Assembly (NCBI GenBank): GCA_002784465.1
Contig: PFLE01000013.1
Location: forward strand, 10,972-74,971
DNA: 64,000 nt
Origin: Candidatus Shapirobacteria bacterium CG_4_10_14_0_8_um_filter_39_15
Lineage (GTDB): Bacteria; Patescibacteriota; Microgenomatia; UM-FILTER-39-15
Direction of reading: 5' to 3'
Shown here: piece after piece, positions 1 to 9,607 of the stretch
Numbering within the stretch: position 1 is the first letter of the stretch
Layout of the letters: every line of letters begins with the position of its first letter
Position numbers and translations under genes: made by a program
Notes under the pieces: model-generated
Seen by the model: the letters and a program-made list of their open reading frames with translations, nothing else
Databases searched by the model: none
What the model was told of the DNA's origin: nothing

Positions 1-1438
1 TTGCCCTAAAATTTTTATCGGTTAGAATCCGCGGAACATCAACCAATGTCGTATCTTCCTTGTGTAAAAGGGTTAATAAGGAATTCCTCAAAATATATTC
101 CAGCCGCGGCCCCCAAGAGTAAGAATAAAGTTTGTAAAAAATCGCCACAATCCCTGACGCTACCAATTCCCGTAATTCCGGATTTTTCACTTCCAAAAAA
201 TTTAAATGGAACGGGTGGGCAATATCTGACGGGTCAAGATAGCAAACATCATTTATTCGATTAGAAGGAACATAATCTAAAATATTGGCCGAAAGATCAC
301 CGTGAGGATCAATCACGCCTATTCCCTCTCCGTTTCTCATATCGTTAATCGCCATATTGGCAATTAAGGTAGATTTTCCGGTTCCGCTTTTCCCGATAAT
401 ATAAACATGTTTTGCCCGATCTCTTTTTTTAATTCCATAAACCACCATTTTATTTTTATATTCGGTTTTGGCAAAAAAATTAATCAGTTTTTTCTCTTCA
501 TCAGTAGTAACACTAAAAGAAGTTGGTAGATTATCCGGCGGTTCTCCGACTAAGCGCGTTCCCCAAGCAATATTTCTAATCCCCGCTAAAGTTAATGAAG
601 GCAGATGAAAAATTGTCGCCAATTCCGCAATATTTAAAACTTGACGGCCCGGAAAATAAGCTGCCCGGCGGGTAAGAATCGCCTTAAGGAATTTTTTATC
701 CTGTAAAAATGAAGGGCGGCTTAAGGACAAAGCATTTCCTTCACCTAAAGAAAGGCTGCCGAAAGAACCGGCCAAGTTTTTTAGTTGCGACTGGCTTTTG
801 GATTTATAAGGAGAACAAACCAATAATCTAATCGCGCAGTTAAATCCCTGTTGATTTATTTTTAGCTCAATAATTTTAGCGTGAGGGTGGGCCACCACTC
901 GTCCATCCGGAGAAAGAATTCCTTTGCGGACAACGCTGGCACCGATTTGCTGCCAACCGCTGCCGGCCGGCAAGATAACAATTTGCATCAGCATTTTTTC
1001 TTCCTTTTCTGCCATGGCCATCGTTCCCAAAACTGCGGACAAAGGATCAGTTTCTTTAAAATCGGTATATGTTTTAAGCGGATAATAAAAAGGTGCCGTC
1101 AGTTTCAATTGTCCATAAGATTGGGAAAAGTCTTTAGTAAGCCAGCCGGGTAGATAATCCGAGACGACGGTCAAAGTAGCTTTAGGATATTGGGCCGATA
1201 ATTGGCTCTCAAAGTAGGTCCGATATTCCAGCGGAACCACGGCATAAAAATGAATTACCTGCTCATAAGTAGCAATTTCAAAAACAATCGGCTGACCTTT
1301 TCCCAAAAGACGATCTAAAAAAGAAAGTCTGATGTTAGAAAGAGAGGCAAAGACACCCGCCATCGTTTCCGGTGTGTGTTCCGTATCCCTTGGCAATCTC
1401 AATTCCAAAATTACATTTTTCTCAATTTTCTCCATCAT
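1..1438 (-). CDS. VirD4/TraG-like (DUF87/HerA-type) coupling ATPase, partial (runs off window start)
   Basis: Not in the ORF track (no stop in window). Manual translation gives MMEKIEKNVILELRLPRD... and a Walker A region HVYIIGKSGTGKSTLIANMAINDMRNGEGIGVIDPHGDL at ~295-410; ATGA overlap with the upstream ORF stop. Confidence 0.8.
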   Translation of the reverse strand, partial: MMEKIEKNVILELRLPRDTEHTPETMAGVFASLSNIRLSFLDRLLGKGQPIVFEIATYEQVIHFYAVVPLEYRTYFESQLSAQYPKATLTVVSDYLPGWLTKDFSQSYGQLKLTAPFYYPLKTYTDFKETDPLSAVLGTMAMAEKEEKMLMQIVILPAGSGWQQIGASVVRKGILSPDGRVVAHPHAKIIELKINQQGFNCAIRLLVCSPYKSKSQSQLKNLAGSFGSLSLGEGNALSLSRPSFLQDKKFLKAILTRRAAYFPGRQVLNIAELATIFHLPSLTLAGIRNIAWGTRLVGEPPDNLPTSFSVTTDEEKKLINFFAKTEYKNKMVVYGIKKRDRAKHVYIIGKSGTGKSTLIANMAINDMRNGEGIGVIDPHGDLSANILDYVPSNRINDVCYLDPSDIAHPFHLNFLEVKNPELRELVASGIVAIFYKLYSYSWGPRLEYILRNSLLTLLHKEDTTLVDVPRILTDKNFRA

Positions 1439-2284
1439 AATAATTTTAGCAGATTATTGTATTTCTTCATAATTTCCATTTCAAGATTATGGGGGTGAAA
1501 TTTAATTATGTTTTCATTTACAATTTCTGTTGTCCTGTGTTTGCGCATATATAACAACTGCGTCTTTCTCGCTAAAATTTCTAAAAAATCAAGGAAAAAA
1601 TTCTTAGGCATTAGGTAAATATTTTTTCACCCAGAAATTCGCGGTCATAAATTTATGATAAGTATTTTCTCTTTCAAAAATTGGTCTCATTTGGCAAATC
1701 TCGTGAGCAATAAATAAATTCTGGTCTTTAATAACCAAGTTATCATTAGAAATAAACAGATTCGGACAAATCATGTTGGCAATTTTATTGGGCCGCCGAT
1801 ACAATCCCCGAAGACAAAGAAGCACCACAACTAATCCCCTGGTTAACCAAAGACGATTCTTTGAAGTAATAAAGAATAAATCAATATCGTCTTTTTCGTC
1901 TGAATTTTTTACCGCCAGCGAACCGGTAATGCCTATCAGCTTGATCCATTTAATATGTTTCAAGATTTGTACTGCACGGTTAGCAATTGCTAATTTCTTC
2001 CTCGACCAAACTTCCCGATCTTTTCTAATCTTGATGTTTCTTTCTTTTCCCGATAAACAATAATAATTGTTAAGCAACCGAATCTTTTTATCTTTTAACA
2101 GACCTTCCAGATCCATATTCCATTTTCTTTTTCCATCTTCTACCTTCCAACCTCCACCTCGGCTCGACCGCCGAGTCGAGACGGGTCCACCTTCCAACAC
2201 CAACCACCGCCAGATTTCTTCTTTTTTCAGAGGGTAGGCAAATAAATCAGCATAAAGCAAAGTTCGAAGAATAGCATTTTTCAT
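1435..2284 (-). pseudogene. Nucleotidyltransferase-fold protein split by a frameshift (1604-2284 plus C-terminal piece 1435-1611)
   Basis: GITGSLA..DDIDLF polymerase-beta motif; after LPNA* another frame continues ...FLEILARKTQLLYMRKHRTTE..IKFHPHN...* up to the next gene's ATG. Confidence 0.6.
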
Positions 2285-2290
2285 TCCCGA

Positions 2291-3733
2291 TCATCTTACC
2301 ACAGAAGCGGAAACGCCGTACTGGCTTAAGACTTGAGATACTCCTTGGCTGGTTGTTTCCAAAGCCTGTTTGGCGCCGGATTTGCCGAAATTGACCGCGT
2401 TGACGGCATCTTCAAAATATTTGATAATCTTGTCGTTTATCCCATTGTCGTGGGTATCCGAAGAAAGATATCCGGACTTGGCGGCCTGCGCCTGCTGAAC
2501 AAAAGCACCAACGTAATTTGAATCTTTAAGCGAATCCCCTAATTCACGGCGGGAATACGGCTCGCCGAAAAGCCGAAGATCGGATTCGGTTTTATAAAGC
2601 TTTTGCATTGTTTCTTTGTTGGAAAGGTATTTGACGAATTTCCAGGCGGCTTCCTGACTCGGACTTTTTTTGGAAACCCCTTCCACCCAATAGCTGGCCC
2701 AGGTAACATTGGTGTCGGCCAGCTGCGGAATCGGCAAGATTTTAAAATTTAGGTTTGGATTAGCCTGCTTAATCGTAAATGCTTCCCAGGAAGGACCGAA
2801 ATAAATTGCCAACTTGCCTAAGATAAACTGTTGGGTAGATGACGACAAGGTTTCATCCCAAACCAAATCCGATTGGGAAAACAAAGTAAAATAAGTAAGC
2901 GCGTCTTCGGCCAACTGACCGATCGGTTTATTAAGATCCGCGCCGTTTTGAAGCATCATCGCCGCCAGAATATCCGACCAGTGATCAATATTTTCCGTTC
3001 GGCCCAAGGCCGCCCCGGCAATTTGGATCTGCCCCCGGCTTCTTTGGGCCGGCGTTGTTAATTCACTGGCGGTTTTGCGCAATTCATCCCAAGTGGTTGG
3101 CGGCGTTTTTCCGGCCGTCGTAAAAAGATCTTCATTAATATACATTCCTAAGCCATCAATTTCTAAAGGTATGCCGACATAATTATTGCCAATTTTTAAA
3201 TCTCGGGCAGCAACCGGATAAAAAGTTGATTCAAAAGTGGCATTGTCCATCACGCTGACCGGCACCGGCGACAGTTCGTTTTTGAACATCGGCACCCAGG
3301 TGTTGTGATACCGAAAAATATCCGGACCTTTATTTTGAGCAAAAGCGGAGGATAACCGCTCGCGGTATTCGGTTGGCGAATTATAAACGTAATTAATTTT
3401 AATATCCGGATTTGCTTTTTCAAAATCGGCAATCACTCCGGCCATTGCTCCATACGGTTCCCAAAGACCCCAATAGGTTAAAGTTGATTTACCAACTTTA
3501 GAAGCATTGGGAAGTAGAATTTTTGAAACCGCCACTAAAACAACGGCTAAAACAATTAAAATCAAAACGATTGGTAAAAATCTTTTAATAACGGAGGGTT
3601 TTTCTTCAAAAGGTAAAACCGCGGGCGCTTCCGGACCGGCCGGGGAAAAAGTTTCTACCGGCGGCGTTTCTACAACAGGCGGTGTTTCTGTCACTGGTAA
3701 AGGATTAGACGGTAAGGGTAGTTCCGTATCCAT
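2291..3733 (-). CDS. ABC-type sugar-binding extracellular solute-binding protein with N-terminal TM anchor
   Basis: LTYWGLW, GPDIF, YVGIPLEIDGLGMYINEDLF, PPTTWDEL, AAWKFVKYL motifs of family 1 SBPs. Confidence 0.85.
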   Translation of the reverse strand: MDTELPLPSNPLPVTETPPVVETPPVETFSPAGPEAPAVLPFEEKPSVIKRFLPIVLILIVLAVVLVAVSKILLPNASKVGKSTLTYWGLWEPYGAMAGVIADFEKANPDIKINYVYNSPTEYRERLSSAFAQNKGPDIFRYHNTWVPMFKNELSPVPVSVMDNATFESTFYPVAARDLKIGNNYVGIPLEIDGLGMYINEDLFTTAGKTPPTTWDELRKTASELTTPAQRSRGQIQIAGAALGRTENIDHWSDILAAMMLQNGADLNKPIGQLAEDALTYFTLFSQSDLVWDETLSSSTQQFILGKLAIYFGPSWEAFTIKQANPNLNFKILPIPQLADTNVTWASYWVEGVSKKSPSQEAAWKFVKYLSNKETMQKLYKTESDLRLFGEPYSRRELGDSLKDSNYVGAFVQQAQAAKSGYLSSDTHDNGINDKIIKYFEDAVNAVNFGKSGAKQALETTSQGVSQVLSQYGVSASVVR

Positions 3734-3750
3734 ACAACTATATTAACATA

Positions 3751-3870
3751 AAGTAGGTAATCAGTTAATCAGGATATCGGGAAAAGAGAGTAGAGATCAG
3801 TTGTCAGAAATCTCCCGATATTCTGTTCTCTGTTTTACTTAACCCGATACTCTGGTCTACTGATTTACTT
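3751..3870. repeat. ~120-bp imperfect palindromic element, copy A (ATCAG-type 8-nt units)
   Basis: gtaatcagttaatcaggatatcggg ... cccgatactctggtctactgatttac; colinear with copies B-F. Confidence 0.85.
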
Positions 3871-3909
3871 CTATTTTCAGATTTATCTTTTTGGCCGTAT
3901 AATACTCCT

Positions 3910-5154
3910 ATGAAGATTTTAGCTATTGAATCCTCTTGTGATGAGACCGCTGCGGCGATTGTTGAAGATGGAACGAAAATTTTATCCAACGTTGTCGCCT
4001 CTTCGGTCGAAATGCACGCCAAAACCGGTGGCATTATTCCCGAGGTAGCGGCAAGAGAACAGGTTAAATGCATTATTCCCGTAATACAAGAGGCTCTCAA
4101 CAGGACAGATTTCAGTAAATCAGTAAAACAGTACAACAGTGAAACGGTAATCGGTAAAACGGTAAAAAAAGTTACTGAAATTACTGATTACTGTTCTACT
4201 GATTCACCGCTTAACCGTTTTACTGACATAGACGCCATAGCGGTAACCGTTGGTCCCGGATTGGTTGGTTCATTGCTTGTTGGTATTGAAACCGCTAAAA
4301 CGCTTGCCTATCTTTGGCAAAAACCAATTGTACCGATAAATCATTTGGTTGGACACATCTACGCGAATTGGCTTAACACCAGTAAACCAGTAGAACAGTT
4401 AAACCGTACAACAGCAGTCGGTAAGACAGTAAAAAAAGTTACTGAAATTACTGATTACTGTTCTACTGATTTACCGTTTCACTGTTTTACCGAACCGAAT
4501 TTTCCAGCGATAGCCCTCGTTGTTAGTGGCGGACATACTGATTTAGTTTTAATGAAAAACCATGGAAAAATTGAGTGGCTTGGCGGAACCAGAGACGATG
4601 CGGGCGGAGAATGTTTCGATAAATCGGCACGTTTACTGGATTTACCTTACCCTGGAGGTCCTTCTATCTCTGCCGCAGCTCAACAATATAGCAATATAAC
4701 AATAAAACAATCGGCCATTCGACTCCCTCGCCCCTTAATGGATGAAGATAACTTTGACTTTAGTTTTTCGGGATTAAAGACAGCGGTCCTCCGTGAGGTT
4801 CAAGACCTAAAAAACAATCAGCAATATAACAATATAACAGTAGAACAATTATCTTATGAACTCCAAGAAGCTATTACCGATGTTTTGGTTACTAAAACCA
4901 TTCGTGCTGCCGAAAAATATAAGGTTAAATCCATTCTTCTCGCCGGCGGCGTCTCCGCGAACCAAAGATTACGAGAAAAAATGCATTTAAAATTTAAAAA
5001 TTTAAAATTTAAAATTGAGTTTTGGTGTCCCCCGCCAAAACTTTGCACCGACAACGCCGCCTATATCGCTTCCTGCGCTTATTTCAACTATAAACCAGTC
5101 CCCTGGCAGGATATTAAAGTTAATCCGGGATTAACAATTTCCGACAAAATCTAG
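3910..5154 (+). CDS. tsaD: tRNA t6A synthase TsaD carrying five repeat-derived in-frame insertions
   Basis: ILAIESSCDET, GPGL, HLVGH, VSGGHT, TRDDAGGECFDK, FSFSGLKTA, AGGVSAN, CTDNA motifs; 414 aa versus the usual ~340. Confidence 0.95.
   Translation: MKILAIESSCDETAAAIVEDGTKILSNVVASSVEMHAKTGGIIPEVAAREQVKCIIPVIQEALNRTDFSKSVKQYNSETVIGKTVKKVTEITDYCSTDSPLNRFTDIDAIAVTVGPGLVGSLLVGIETAKTLAYLWQKPIVPINHLVGHIYANWLNTSKPVEQLNRTTAVGKTVKKVTEITDYCSTDLPFHCFTEPNFPAIALVVSGGHTDLVLMKNHGKIEWLGGTRDDAGGECFDKSARLLDLPYPGGPSISAAAQQYSNITIKQSAIRLPRPLMDEDNFDFSFSGLKTAVLREVQDLKNNQQYNNITVEQLSYELQEAITDVLVTKTIRAAEKYKVKSILLAGGVSANQRLREKMHLKFKNLKFKIEFWCPPPKLCTDNAAYIASCAYFNYKPVPWQDIKVNPGLTISDKI
4113..4225. repeat. 113-bp palindromic in-frame insertion 1 in tsaD (CAGTAAAA-type units)
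   Basis: Seven CAGTAAAA-like units followed by TTTTACTG-like units; 43-nt core identical to 4429-4471. Confidence 0.9.
4380..4492. repeat. 113-bp palindromic in-frame insertion 2 in tsaD
   Basis: Same length, register and frame as 4113-4225; both encode GKTVKKVTEITDYCSTD. Confidence 0.9.
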
Positions 5155-5295
5155 CCTCGCAAGGCCTGACCTTACGAGCTTAAACCTCATACACTATATC
5201 ATCACAAAGTGATGCTATAGCAAGACTTTGTGTCAAACAATTTAACAAAAAAAACAATTTAACAATTTTCTCCTCTCTTTGTGCTAAAATAAGGC

Positions 5296-5786
5296 ATGAT
5301 AGAAAATAAAAAATCCTTGGAAAAACCTGTTTATGCCTTTATTGATAGCCAAAATCTCAATCTTGGGGTTAGAAGTCAAGGTTGGAAACTTGATTGGCGG
5401 AAATTTAGACAATATTTACGGAATAAATATAATGTTGCAAACGCCTTTGCTTTTATTGGATATAAAGCAGGAAACGAAAAACTCTATCTTCAATTGCAGG
5501 AAATGGGTTACCTTGTAATTTTAAAACCAACTCTAGAACTTCCTGATGGATCAGTAAAAGGAAATGTTGATGCAGAACTAGTCCTGCATACCATGGTTCA
5601 GTTTAAGAACTTTAATAAAGCAATTATCGTTTCTGGAGACGGAGATTTTCATTGTTTGGTTGAGTATCTAGATCAACATGAAAAGATTTTTCATCTATTT
5701 GCTCCAAATAAACATTACTCATCGATTTACTTAGAAGTTCCCTAGAATTAAAAGTGACCAAGATCAGCGGTCGGTCGAAACCTTAG
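5296..5786 (+). pseudogene. NYN (LabA/DUF88) domain nuclease, probably frameshifted near the C-terminus
   Basis: YAFIDSQNL, KGNVDAELV, IVSGDGDF motifs; ORF stops at 5745 but another frame from 5721 reads IDLLRSSLELKVTKISGRSKP*. Confidence 0.7.
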
Positions 5787-5853
5787 GCTGCTTAGCTTGG
5801 TCATCGTGATGGTATAATCATACCAAATATTATTAAGTAAGTCAATTAGACGT

Positions 5854-7860
5854 ATGGATAAAAATTATGACCCAAAATTAGTTGAAGATAAAATTTACCA
5901 AATGTGGGAAGATGGCGGGTATTTTAAACCAAAAATTGATAAGACCAAAAAACCTTTTACCATCACCCTTCCCCCGCCAAATGTCACCGGTAGTCTTCAC
6001 GCCGGCCACGCAATGTATGTGATTGAAGATATTATGGTTCGCTACCACCGAATGCTTGGTGATCCAACCTTATGGCTGCCGGGTTTTGATCATGCCTCGA
6101 TTGCGGTCGAATATCTAGTTACCAAACGACTAGCCAAAGAAGGCAAGAACAAAAATGAAGTTGGTAGAGAAAAATTTATTAAAAGAGCCCTCGGCTTTAC
6201 CAATGAATCAAGAAGTTATATCCGCAACCAATTAAAAAAACTGGGCTTTTCTTTAGATTGGTCAAAAGAAGCTTATACCATGGACGAATCTTACGCCAGC
6301 GCAGTCAAGGAAGCTTTTAAAAGACTTTATGACAAAAATTTAATCTACAAAGGTGAAAGAATTATTAATTGGTGTCCTAAATGTCAAACCGCCATTTCTG
6401 ATTTGGAAAACGAACACCAAGAAGAAACCGGAAAACTTTATTATGTTAAATACGGTCCAATTACCATTGCCACCACTCGGCCGGAAACCATGTTTGCGGA
6501 TGTAGCGATCGCGGTTAATCCTAAAAATAATAATTACCAAAAATTTGTTGGTACTTTAGTCCCCCTTCCCCTAACTAACAGAAAAATCCCCGTTATCGAA
6601 GACGATGCGGTTGACCTGAATTTCGGAACCGGGGCTTTAAAAATTACTCCGGCTCATGATGAGTTGGATTTTGAAATTGGCAATCGTCATAAGCTTGAAA
6701 AATTATCAGTAATAAATAAGTATGGAAAATTAACCGAAATTGCAGGTAAATACGCCAACCTAAAAGTATTCGAGGCAAGAGAAGCAGTTGTAAATGATTT
6801 GCAGAACCAGAGCTTTTTGGAAAAGATTGAGGAATACAAACATTCTGTCGGCCATTGTCAAAGATGCCATACCATCACTGAACCGATTATTTCTGAGCAA
6901 TGGTTTGTTAAAACCGAAACTTTAGCTAAAAGAGCAATTAAGGCGGTAAAAGACGGTGAAATCAAAATCATTCCCAAATCGTTTGAAAAAATCTATTTTA
7001 ATTGGCTAAACAATATTCGGGATTGGTGCATTTCTAGGCAACTTTGGTGGGGACACAAAATTCCACTCGAAGGAGAAAACGATATTCTTGATACTTGGTT
7101 TTCTTCCGGACTTTGGCCGATCGCGGTTTTTGGTTGGCCAAACAAAACTTCTGAACTTAGTTATTTCTACCCTACCTCTGTCCGGGAAACAGGTTACGAT
7201 ATTTTATTTTTCTGGGTTTGCCGAGAAATTATGTTATGTTTGGAAATGACTAATCAAGTTCCCTTTCGAACCGTATATCTTCACGGTCTTATCCGGGATG
7301 AAAAAAATAAAAAATTTAGTAAAACTGCCGGCATTGGTTTTGATCCTTTAGAAATGATTGAAAAATACGGGGCTGACGCTTTAAGAATGGCTCTGGTTTT
7401 TGGCACGACCGCCGGCAAAGATCTGCATATCAATGAAGATAAAATCCGGGCGATGCGGAACTTTACAAACAAGATCTGGAACGCGGCGAGATTCACCTTG
7501 GCGCCTGAAATCAGCGTAGATCAGCGTACAAATCAGCGATCATCTGCGATTCATCCCGATGATCAATGGATCCTTTCGGAATTAGACAAAACAACAAAAA
7601 CAGTTACCCAGCATGTCGAGAAATATCAATTTGGACAAGCCGCAGAAGATTTGTACGAATTTTTCTGGCATTCATTTTGCGATAAATATATTGAAATGAC
7701 CAAAACCAGAAGAGAAGAGGCTCAACCGGCTTTGTTGTTTGTTCTAATTACCAGTCTCAAACTTCTCCACCCTTTTATGCCTTTTGTTACTGAAGAAATT
7801 TGGCAAAAAATGCCTCAACATGAAGACAAACCACTAATTATTGCCCAATGGCCAAAATAA
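5854..7860 (+). CDS. valS: Valine-tRNA ligase (compact form)
   Basis: PPPNVTGSLHAGH, ATTRPET, DWCISRQLWWGH, DTWFSS, GYDILFFW, KFSKT (KMSKS equivalent), LHPFMPFVTEEIW. Confidence 0.95.
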   Translation: MDKNYDPKLVEDKIYQMWEDGGYFKPKIDKTKKPFTITLPPPNVTGSLHAGHAMYVIEDIMVRYHRMLGDPTLWLPGFDHASIAVEYLVTKRLAKEGKNKNEVGREKFIKRALGFTNESRSYIRNQLKKLGFSLDWSKEAYTMDESYASAVKEAFKRLYDKNLIYKGERIINWCPKCQTAISDLENEHQEETGKLYYVKYGPITIATTRPETMFADVAIAVNPKNNNYQKFVGTLVPLPLTNRKIPVIEDDAVDLNFGTGALKITPAHDELDFEIGNRHKLEKLSVINKYGKLTEIAGKYANLKVFEAREAVVNDLQNQSFLEKIEEYKHSVGHCQRCHTITEPIISEQWFVKTETLAKRAIKAVKDGEIKIIPKSFEKIYFNWLNNIRDWCISRQLWWGHKIPLEGENDILDTWFSSGLWPIAVFGWPNKTSELSYFYPTSVRETGYDILFFWVCREIMLCLEMTNQVPFRTVYLHGLIRDEKNKKFSKTAGIGFDPLEMIEKYGADALRMALVFGTTAGKDLHINEDKIRAMRNFTNKIWNAARFTLAPEISVDQRTNQRSSAIHPDDQWILSELDKTTKTVTQHVEKYQFGQAAEDLYEFFWHSFCDKYIEMTKTRREEAQPALLFVLITSLKLLHPFMPFVTEEIWQKMPQHEDKPLIIAQWPK

Positions 7861-8369
7861 ATAAACCAAGACTATTTGTTTTTCTGTTTTTATTGATTAT
7901 CGCGTTTACCAGTCTTTATTCTCTTTTTCTTCCTAAAACCAGGGCTGAATTAGCCAAACAGCAATTAATTAATAATCCCAATGACATTCCTGCCCATCTG
8001 GTTTTAGCCGAAGAATTCTTGAATAACAACCAGCTCGAGGAAACACAAAAGGAATTGGTCGTCGTTGATAATCTAAACAAACAGCTAGCCCAAACCGAAC
8101 AGAAATCCAATGTTCTTGGAATCTCTTCAGTCGTCAATGGTCTTTGGACAAAGTGGCAGGAGGCAAATAAGACCGAACTAGAAAAGCTGGTTTTAAAATG
8201 GCGAGGAATTGTCGCCGATAACCTAAATTATCGCGACGGCTATCTGCGTTTGGCAATTTATTATTTCCGTCTGGGTGATGATCAAAAAGCCAAAGAAAAT
8301 CTAAATATCGCATTAAAGCTTGATCCCAATTTTGAGCCGGCAAAAAATCTTCAAAAATTCATTCCGTAG
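7848..8369 (+). CDS. Membrane-anchored TPR protein
   Basis: N-terminal TM; YRDGYLRLA..Y..LGD..KA...L..ALKLDPN TPR motif. Confidence 0.7.
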   Translation: MAKINKPRLFVFLFLLIIAFTSLYSLFLPKTRAELAKQQLINNPNDIPAHLVLAEEFLNNNQLEETQKELVVVDNLNKQLAQTEQKSNVLGISSVVNGLWTKWQEANKTELEKLVLKWRGIVADNLNYRDGYLRLAIYYFRLGDDQKAKENLNIALKLDPNFEPAKNLQKFIP

Positions 8370-8925
8370 AAAAAAGTCTAATCGTGGAAAGCATTAATTC
8401 AAATTGGCCCAAAAGCTGCGAATTGGCTGGCGTTAAAGAAATTTGGAATAAAGTATTTCCTTTGCGTAACAAATAATAAAAATTATTATTAACCATCAAC
8501 TTGGCCGCCTCGTTTCCCTGAATTGTCAGTGCCTCAAATTTTACCGGATTGTAGATTTTTGTTTCCGAATCATATTGACCAAATTGTCGATTAATATATT
8601 GAGACAAGGGCAAATTTTGGAAGCCGCTCACTTGCTGACTGACTACCAAAGTCACACAACTTTTCTCAACCAAAGGATTAATCGGAAAACCGTTCTCGTC
8701 AATACAATTGCTGGTTTGGAAATTGGCCAAAATTTTTATGCCGCTGCCTTGTTTTTTTTCAGAATAGAACCAGGTTGGCGGATATTTCAAAGAATAATCT
8801 AAGTCGCTTAAGGTTTTCCAACCGGCCGTCGGATTTTGTGCCGGCCTTCTGATTGCTTTAACTCCCAACAATAAAATAACAATCGTAACAATTGTAACAA
8901 GGAATGTCGCAGTTATTTTCTTCAT
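8359..8925 (-). CDS. Membrane-anchored PsbP-like hypothetical protein (start moved to ATG 8925)
   Basis: MKKITATFLVTIV TM segment; WKT...YSLKYPPTW and terminal F..MLSTIRL pattern. Confidence 0.6.
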   Translation of the reverse strand: MKKITATFLVTIVTIVILLLGVKAIRRPAQNPTAGWKTLSDLDYSLKYPPTWFYSEKKQGSGIKILANFQTSNCIDENGFPINPLVEKSCVTLVVSQQVSGFQNLPLSQYINRQFGQYDSETKIYNPVKFEALTIQGNEAAKLMVNNNFYYLLRKGNTLFQISLTPANSQLLGQFELMLSTIRLFSTE

Positions 8926-8935
8926 CAAAACGAAA

Positions 8936-9607
8936 TTATTCTTTTGGTGTTTCACTCGGAGCGGCCTCTTCGGTCGGTGTTTCTCCAGACGGAGCGGCTT
9001 CACCTTCGGCCGGAACTTCTGCCGCCGGAGGGGGCGTCACCACTTCTTCTTTTTGCAAAGCAACAATTTTTACTACCACTTCGGCCGGATCAGCCAAAAT
9101 CTTAATGATTTTAGTATCAACTTTAATTTCTCCAACCGTAATTTGATTATCAACCTCGACCAGACCAGAAATATCAACCGTTAATTTTTCCGGCAAATCG
9201 GCAGGCAGGGCCTCGACTTCCAATTCCGATAAAGGTTGAAGTAAAACCCCTAAGTTTTGCCTGATGGCTGGCGATTCACCAATTAGTTCTACCGGAACTT
9301 TCGCGGTTGTTTTTTCCGTTAAGGAAACCTCGTGGAAATCAATGTGAAGAATTTCTCCGGTTACCGGATGGATTTGAACATGGTGAATCAAAACCGGGTG
9401 AACCTTCTCCCCAATTTCAACATCAAGTAAAGTTGTCTCCCCGACCTGATCCCAAACTTTTTTAAACTCGTCATTTTTTACCTGAAGAGGTTCCGACTTA
9501 ATTTTCTTGCCATATAAATTAGCAGGGATTTTCCCCTCATTGCGGATTTTTTTAACCTTACGACCTAAGATTTCTCTTTTTTCGGCTTTAATGGCGATTC
9601 TTTTCAT
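8936..9607 (-). CDS. rplY: 50S ribosomal protein L25/Ctc
   Basis: GKIPANLYG, VQIHPVTGEILHIDFHEV, EVEALPADLPEKLTVDIS. Confidence 0.95.
   Translation of the reverse strand: MKRIAIKAEKREILGRKVKKIRNEGKIPANLYGKKIKSEPLQVKNDEFKKVWDQVGETTLLDVEIGEKVHPVLIHHVQIHPVTGEILHIDFHEVSLTEKTTAKVPVELIGESPAIRQNLGVLLQPLSELEVEALPADLPEKLTVDISGLVEVDNQITVGEIKVDTKIIKILADPAEVVVKIVALQKEEVVTPPPAAEVPAEGEAAPSGETPTEEAAPSETPKE

Noticed and set aside
46-1153. Short plus-strand ORFs 46-264 and 881-1153
   Set aside because: Antisense shadows of the VirD4-like gene on the minus strand.
4113-4225. Intein or self-splicing intron in tsaD
   Set aside because: Far too short, and no intein terminal motifs or group I/II core sequences.
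4113-4492. Classical DGR TR/VR pair within tsaD
   Set aside because: Neither copy is an all-A template, variation switches from A to T at the hairpin centre, and no RT is adjacent; only the mutational bias is DGR-like.
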